Shown here: positions 60,660 to 64,000 of the stretch, piece after piece
Layout of the letters: every line of letters starts with the position of its first letter
How positions within the stretch are numbered: position 1 is the stretch's first letter
Source: an uncultured Gammaproteobacteria bacterium
GTDB lineage: Bacteria > Pseudomonadota > Gammaproteobacteria > Steroidobacterales > BM003
Direction of reading: 5' to 3'
DNA length: 64,000 nt
Assembly: GCA_963823435.1 (NCBI GenBank)
Contig: CAWGLN010000002.1
Span: 309,633 to 373,632, forward strand
Translations under genes and position numbers: made by a program
The notes under the pieces: generated by a model
What the model saw: only the letters and a program-made list of their open reading frames with translations
Databases searched by the model: none
Told to the model about the DNA's origin: nothing

Positions 60660-60732
60660 TCGTCACATCCCTCATAAATTCATCTGCCGCCCGGGGCAAA
60701 CCCCGTGACGCTAACAGCTATACCCAGGGCCC

Positions 60733-61869
60733 TTACTCGGCCTTGGGAGCTTTATCTTGCTTGGCGGCTGGAGCCTTCTTGGCAGTAGCCTTCTTGGCCT
60801 TCTTGGCAGGAGCCTTCTCGGCCTTCTCGGCAGGAGCCTTCTCAGCCTTCTCGGCAGGAGCCTTCTCAGCCTTCTCGGCAGGAGCCTTCTCAGCCTTCTC
60901 GGCGGGAGCTTTTTCAGCCTTCTCGGCGGGAGCCTTCTCAGCCTTCTCGGCAGGAGCCTTCTCAGCCTTCTCGGCAGGAGCCTTCTCAGCCTTCTCGGCC
61001 GTCTTGGCCTCAGCAGCAGGCGCCTCTTCGGTCTTCTTGTCGGCTGGCTTCTTCGCCGGTGCTTTCTTGCTTGCGGCCTTTCTGACCGGAGTTTTCTTGC
61101 CCGCGGGCTTCCTGGACGGCGCCTTCTTGGCCTTGCCTTCCTCGTCTACTTCCACGAAGTCGTCTTCGCCAACCGGTGCTTCCGGAGCAGTGGCTTTACC
61201 CTCGATCACCGCCTCGGCCATATGGAAGGTGTACAGACGGATTGCGCGCATGGCATCGTCGTTTCCAGGAATCGGGTAATCAATATTCTCGGGGTTGCAG
61301 TTGGTATCGACCACGCCAACCACGGGAATGCCCAGCTTGGCGGCTTCCTGCAATGCAATGTTCTCGTGGCCGATATCCACAACAAACAACACGTCAGGCA
61401 AGGAATTCATGTGCTTGATACCACCCAGGCTGCGATCCAGCTTGGCATGCTCCCTGCGCAGACCCAGCACTTCCTTCTTGGTCATCTGCTCGAATGTGCC
61501 GGCCTCCTCCATCGCTTCCAGGTCAAACAGGCGCTTGATGGACTGACGGATGGTCTTGAAGTTGGTCAACATGCCGCCCAGCCAACGCTGGCTGACATAG
61601 GGCATGCCGCAACGCTCGGCCTCGTCTTTGACGGAATCACGGGCGGAGCGCTTGGTACCCACGAACAGCACTTTGCCGCCGTCGGAGATGATTTTTTGCA
61701 CAAAGCCCTGGGCTTCCAGGAACATCGGCAGCGACTGCTCGAGATTGATAATGTGGATCTTGTTACGTTCGCCGAAGATGAAAGGACTCATCTTGGGATT
61801 CCAGTAACGGGTCTGGTGACCGAAATGAACACCGGCCTCCAGCATTTCACGCATGGATACGTTAGACAT
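60733..61869 (-). CDS. rpsB: 30S ribosomal protein S2 with long K/A/P/E-rich C-terminal tail
   Basis: [29 protein letters not shown], then a low-complexity tail of roughly 140 aa. Confidence 0.97.
   Translation of the reverse strand: MSNVSMREMLEAGVHFGHQTRYWNPKMSPFIFGERNKIHIINLEQSLPMFLEAQGFVQKIISDGGKVLFVGTKRSARDSVKDEAERCGMPYVSQRWLGGMLTNFKTIRQSIKRLFDLEAMEEAGTFEQMTKKEVLGLRREHAKLDRSLGGIKHMNSLPDVLFVVDIGHENIALQEAAKLGIPVVGVVDTNCNPENIDYPIPGNDDAMRAIRLYTFHMAEAVIEGKATAPEAPVGEDDFVEVDEEGKAKKAPSRKPAGKKTPVRKAASKKAPAKKPADKKTEEAPAAEAKTAEKAEKAPAEKAEKAPAEKAEKAPAEKAEKAPAEKAEKAPAEKAEKAPAEKAEKAPAEKAEKAPAKKAKKATAKKAPAAKQDKAPKAE
60809..61000 (-). repeat. 8 x 24-bp coding tandem repeat (AEKAEKAP)
   Basis: Plus-strand unit GGAGCCTTCTCAGCCTTCTCGGCA repeated 8 times with few substitutions. 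Confidence 0.95.
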
Positions 61870-61883
61870 CATAATTCCTCTAA

Positions 61884-61985
61884 GGGGTTGGGCCTCCACG
61901 CATCCCAAACGGTAACCCATTGATTCCCTTAATATTAACCAGGAAATCCAGGGCACCCAACCGTCTGTGTCGATGCGTGTGTGGA
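61884..61985 (-). ncRNA. rpsB 5' leader (t44-like S2 autoregulatory RNA)
   Basis: Minus strand CACACACGCATCGACAC...GGGTGCC...GGGT...GGGATGCGTGGAGGC directly upstream of rpsB. Confidence 0.8.
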
Positions 61986-62001
61986 TTAAATTGCTAAAAA
62001 A

Positions 62002-62018
62002 GCGCGGGCTTTATACCA
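62002..62018 (-). promoter_or_regulatory. Extended -10 promoter of rpsB-tsf
   Basis: TGG-TATAAA followed by GC-rich discriminator GCCCGCGC, matching the conserved gammaproteobacterial rpsB promoter. Confidence 0.75.
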
Positions 62019-62122
62019 TGTCCGGCCATTTCCAACAAATACTTACCAGCCAAATCCCGCCGCTGTTTGGCCCGGAATCCAGTGTTTTAAGAGGGTAAAT
62101 GTTTCAATCCAGTCCAGAACAT

Positions 62123-62891
62123 ATGAATGTCACGATAAAAACCCCCGAAGAACAGGACAAGATGCGCATTGCCGGACGTCTGGCGGCCCAGGTCCTGGAC
62201 ATGATAGGCGAGCATGTCCAGGCAGGTGTGACTACCGGCGAACTTGACGCGATCTGCCACGAATTCATGGTCAACACGCTGAATTGCGTCCCGGCTCCGC
62301 TGAATTACAAGGGCTTCCCAAAAAGCATATGCACCTCGGTAAATCACGTGGTTTGCCACGGCATCCCCGGGGACAAACGCCTGAAAAACGGCGATTGCAT
62401 CAATATCGATATCACCGTAATCAGGGACGGCTATCACGGAGACACCAGCCGCATGTTTACCGTGGGCAAGGTTCCGGTGCAGGCGGAGCGCCTGATCCGG
62501 GTCACGCACGAGGCCATGTGCGAAGGCATACGACAGATTCGCGCCGGCGCACGCCTGGGCGATATCGGCCACGCCGTGCAAAGCTATGCCGAAGCCCGCC
62601 ACTACTCCATCGTGCGCGAGTACTGTGGCCACGGCATCGGCCTCGTTTTCCACGAAGATCCCGCAGGTCCTGCATTATGGCAAGCCAGGTCATGGCATGC
62701 TGCTCCAGGAAGGCATGACGTTCACTGTGGAGCCCATGATCAATGCCGGACGCAGGGACGTGAAACTGCTGCCGGACGGCTGGACCGTGGTGACCAAGGA
62801 TCATTCCTTGTCGGCTCAGTGGGAGCACACCGTTCTGGTTACCGCAGAAGGTTATGAAGTGCTTACCCTGGGCGCCAGCGGCGAGATGTGA
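62123..62891 (+). CDS. map: Methionine aminopeptidase (frameshift near 62662)
   Basis: [46 protein letters not shown] in a second frame. Confidence 0.94.
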
Positions 62892-64000
62892 GTGGGCGCC
62901 ACCGCACGCAAGCAAAGCATAGACCCTGAAGGCAAACTGCGCGCCTTGCTGACCGGGCTGGACCAGGGCCTGGCTGCGCGCGAGCCGGCTACTGCCTGCT
63001 TCAAGGACTGCCTGGACAAGGTATCCGGCCATCTCGAAAAGGCATTTCTGGAAGGCACCCCGGTTGAACCCCTGGTGGCAGGGAGAGCATGGGTGGTCGA
63101 CGAGGTCCTGCTGCGCGCCTGGAACCATCACCTTGGCCAGCCCCCCGAATTGTCCCTGCTCGCGGTAGGGGGTTATGGGCGCGGGGAACTGCATCCTGCC
63201 TCGGATATTGATGTCACGGTATTGACGCCGGAAACCGGCGCCGCCCCCTGGACCGGGCAACTGGAAGCTTTCTTTACCTTTTTATGGGACATCGGGCTGG
63301 AGGTCGGCCAAAGTGTGCGTAGCATTTCACAATGTGAGCAGGAAGCCGCCGCAGATGTCACCGTGGCCACTACCTTGATGGAATCGACGACTGCTGGCCG
63401 GCTCGCTTGAACAACTGCAGCAGATGCTGGAGCGTACCGGACCCGACAAGATCTGGCCCTCGCGAGACTTTTTCGCCGCCAAGCGCGAGGAACAACTTCA
63501 GCGTCATCACCGTTTTTACGACACGGCCTACAACCTGGAGCCGAACGTCAAGGGCGGCCCGGGCGGGCTGCGCGATATCCAGATAATCGGCTGGGTGGCA
63601 AAGCGGCATTTTGGCGCCGAGACCCTGGACGAACTGGTATCCCACGGGTTCCTGACCCGCAAGGAACTGCGTCGCCTGCGCGCCGGGCAGACATTCCTTT
63701 GGACCGTGCGTTTTGCCCTGCATGTGTTTACCCGGCGACGGGAGGATCGACTTCTGTTCGATCACCAGACCCGGATCGCCGAGTTGCTGGACTACGAGGA
63801 CGCCTCAAACAGCCTCGCGGTGGAGCAGTTCATGCAACGCTATTACCGCACGGTAAAGGAACTGTCGCGACTGAACGAGATGCTGCTGCAACTGTTCGAA
63901 GAAGCAATTCTTGCTCGATCCGGAAGCGCCACCCTCCTCGATCAACGCCAGCTTCCAGGTTCGCAACGGCTATCTCGAAATACGCTATGAGGACGTGTTC
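62892..64000 (+). CDS. glnD: [Protein-PII] uridylyltransferase, partial, with frameshifts
   Basis: AVGGYGRGELHPASDID, FLWDIGL, NLEPNVKGGPGGLRD; frame breaks near 63390 and 63930. Confidence 0.92.

Noticed and set aside
60692..60705. Hairpin CGGGG-CAAA-CCCCG between rpsB and tsf
   Set aside because: Short stem without a clear U-tract; intergenic hairpins are common here and not distinctive.

Overview
Core chromosomal segment of a GC-rich gammaproteobacterium with Xanthomonadales/Chromatiales-like gene order; the lineage is inferred from synteny only. Almost all of it is housekeeping genes on the minus strand: batD, ppk1, purine salvage/nagZ, rlmD, acpS-pdxJ-recO-era-rnc-lepB-lepA, the rpoE cluster, sdhCDAB with assembly factors, lysS-prfB-recJ, rpoS-nlpD-pcm-surE, truD-ftsB-eno-kdsA-pyrG-tilS-accA-dnaE, lpx-bamA-rseP, uppS-frr-pyrH-tsf-rpsB, then map-glnD on plus. 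No rRNA, tRNA, CRISPR, transposase or prophage was seen. The main unexplained structure is a dispersed family of ~160-bp palindromic repeats: 7 full copies, 3 of them in tandem, plus about 4 truncated or decayed copies. They have GGAGCCTCTGA...TCAGAGGCTCC terminal inverted repeats, often abut TAG stop codons at CTAG-like sites, show compensatory base changes in an inner stem, and keep an open ~50-codon frame on one strand. Other points: dxr and ispD/ispF are missing from their usual loci, S2 carries a long (AEKAEKAP)x8 tail, and one GGDEF protein is degenerate but keeps its I-site. About ten genes, several essential, carry 1-nt frameshifts, most likely sequencing errors.
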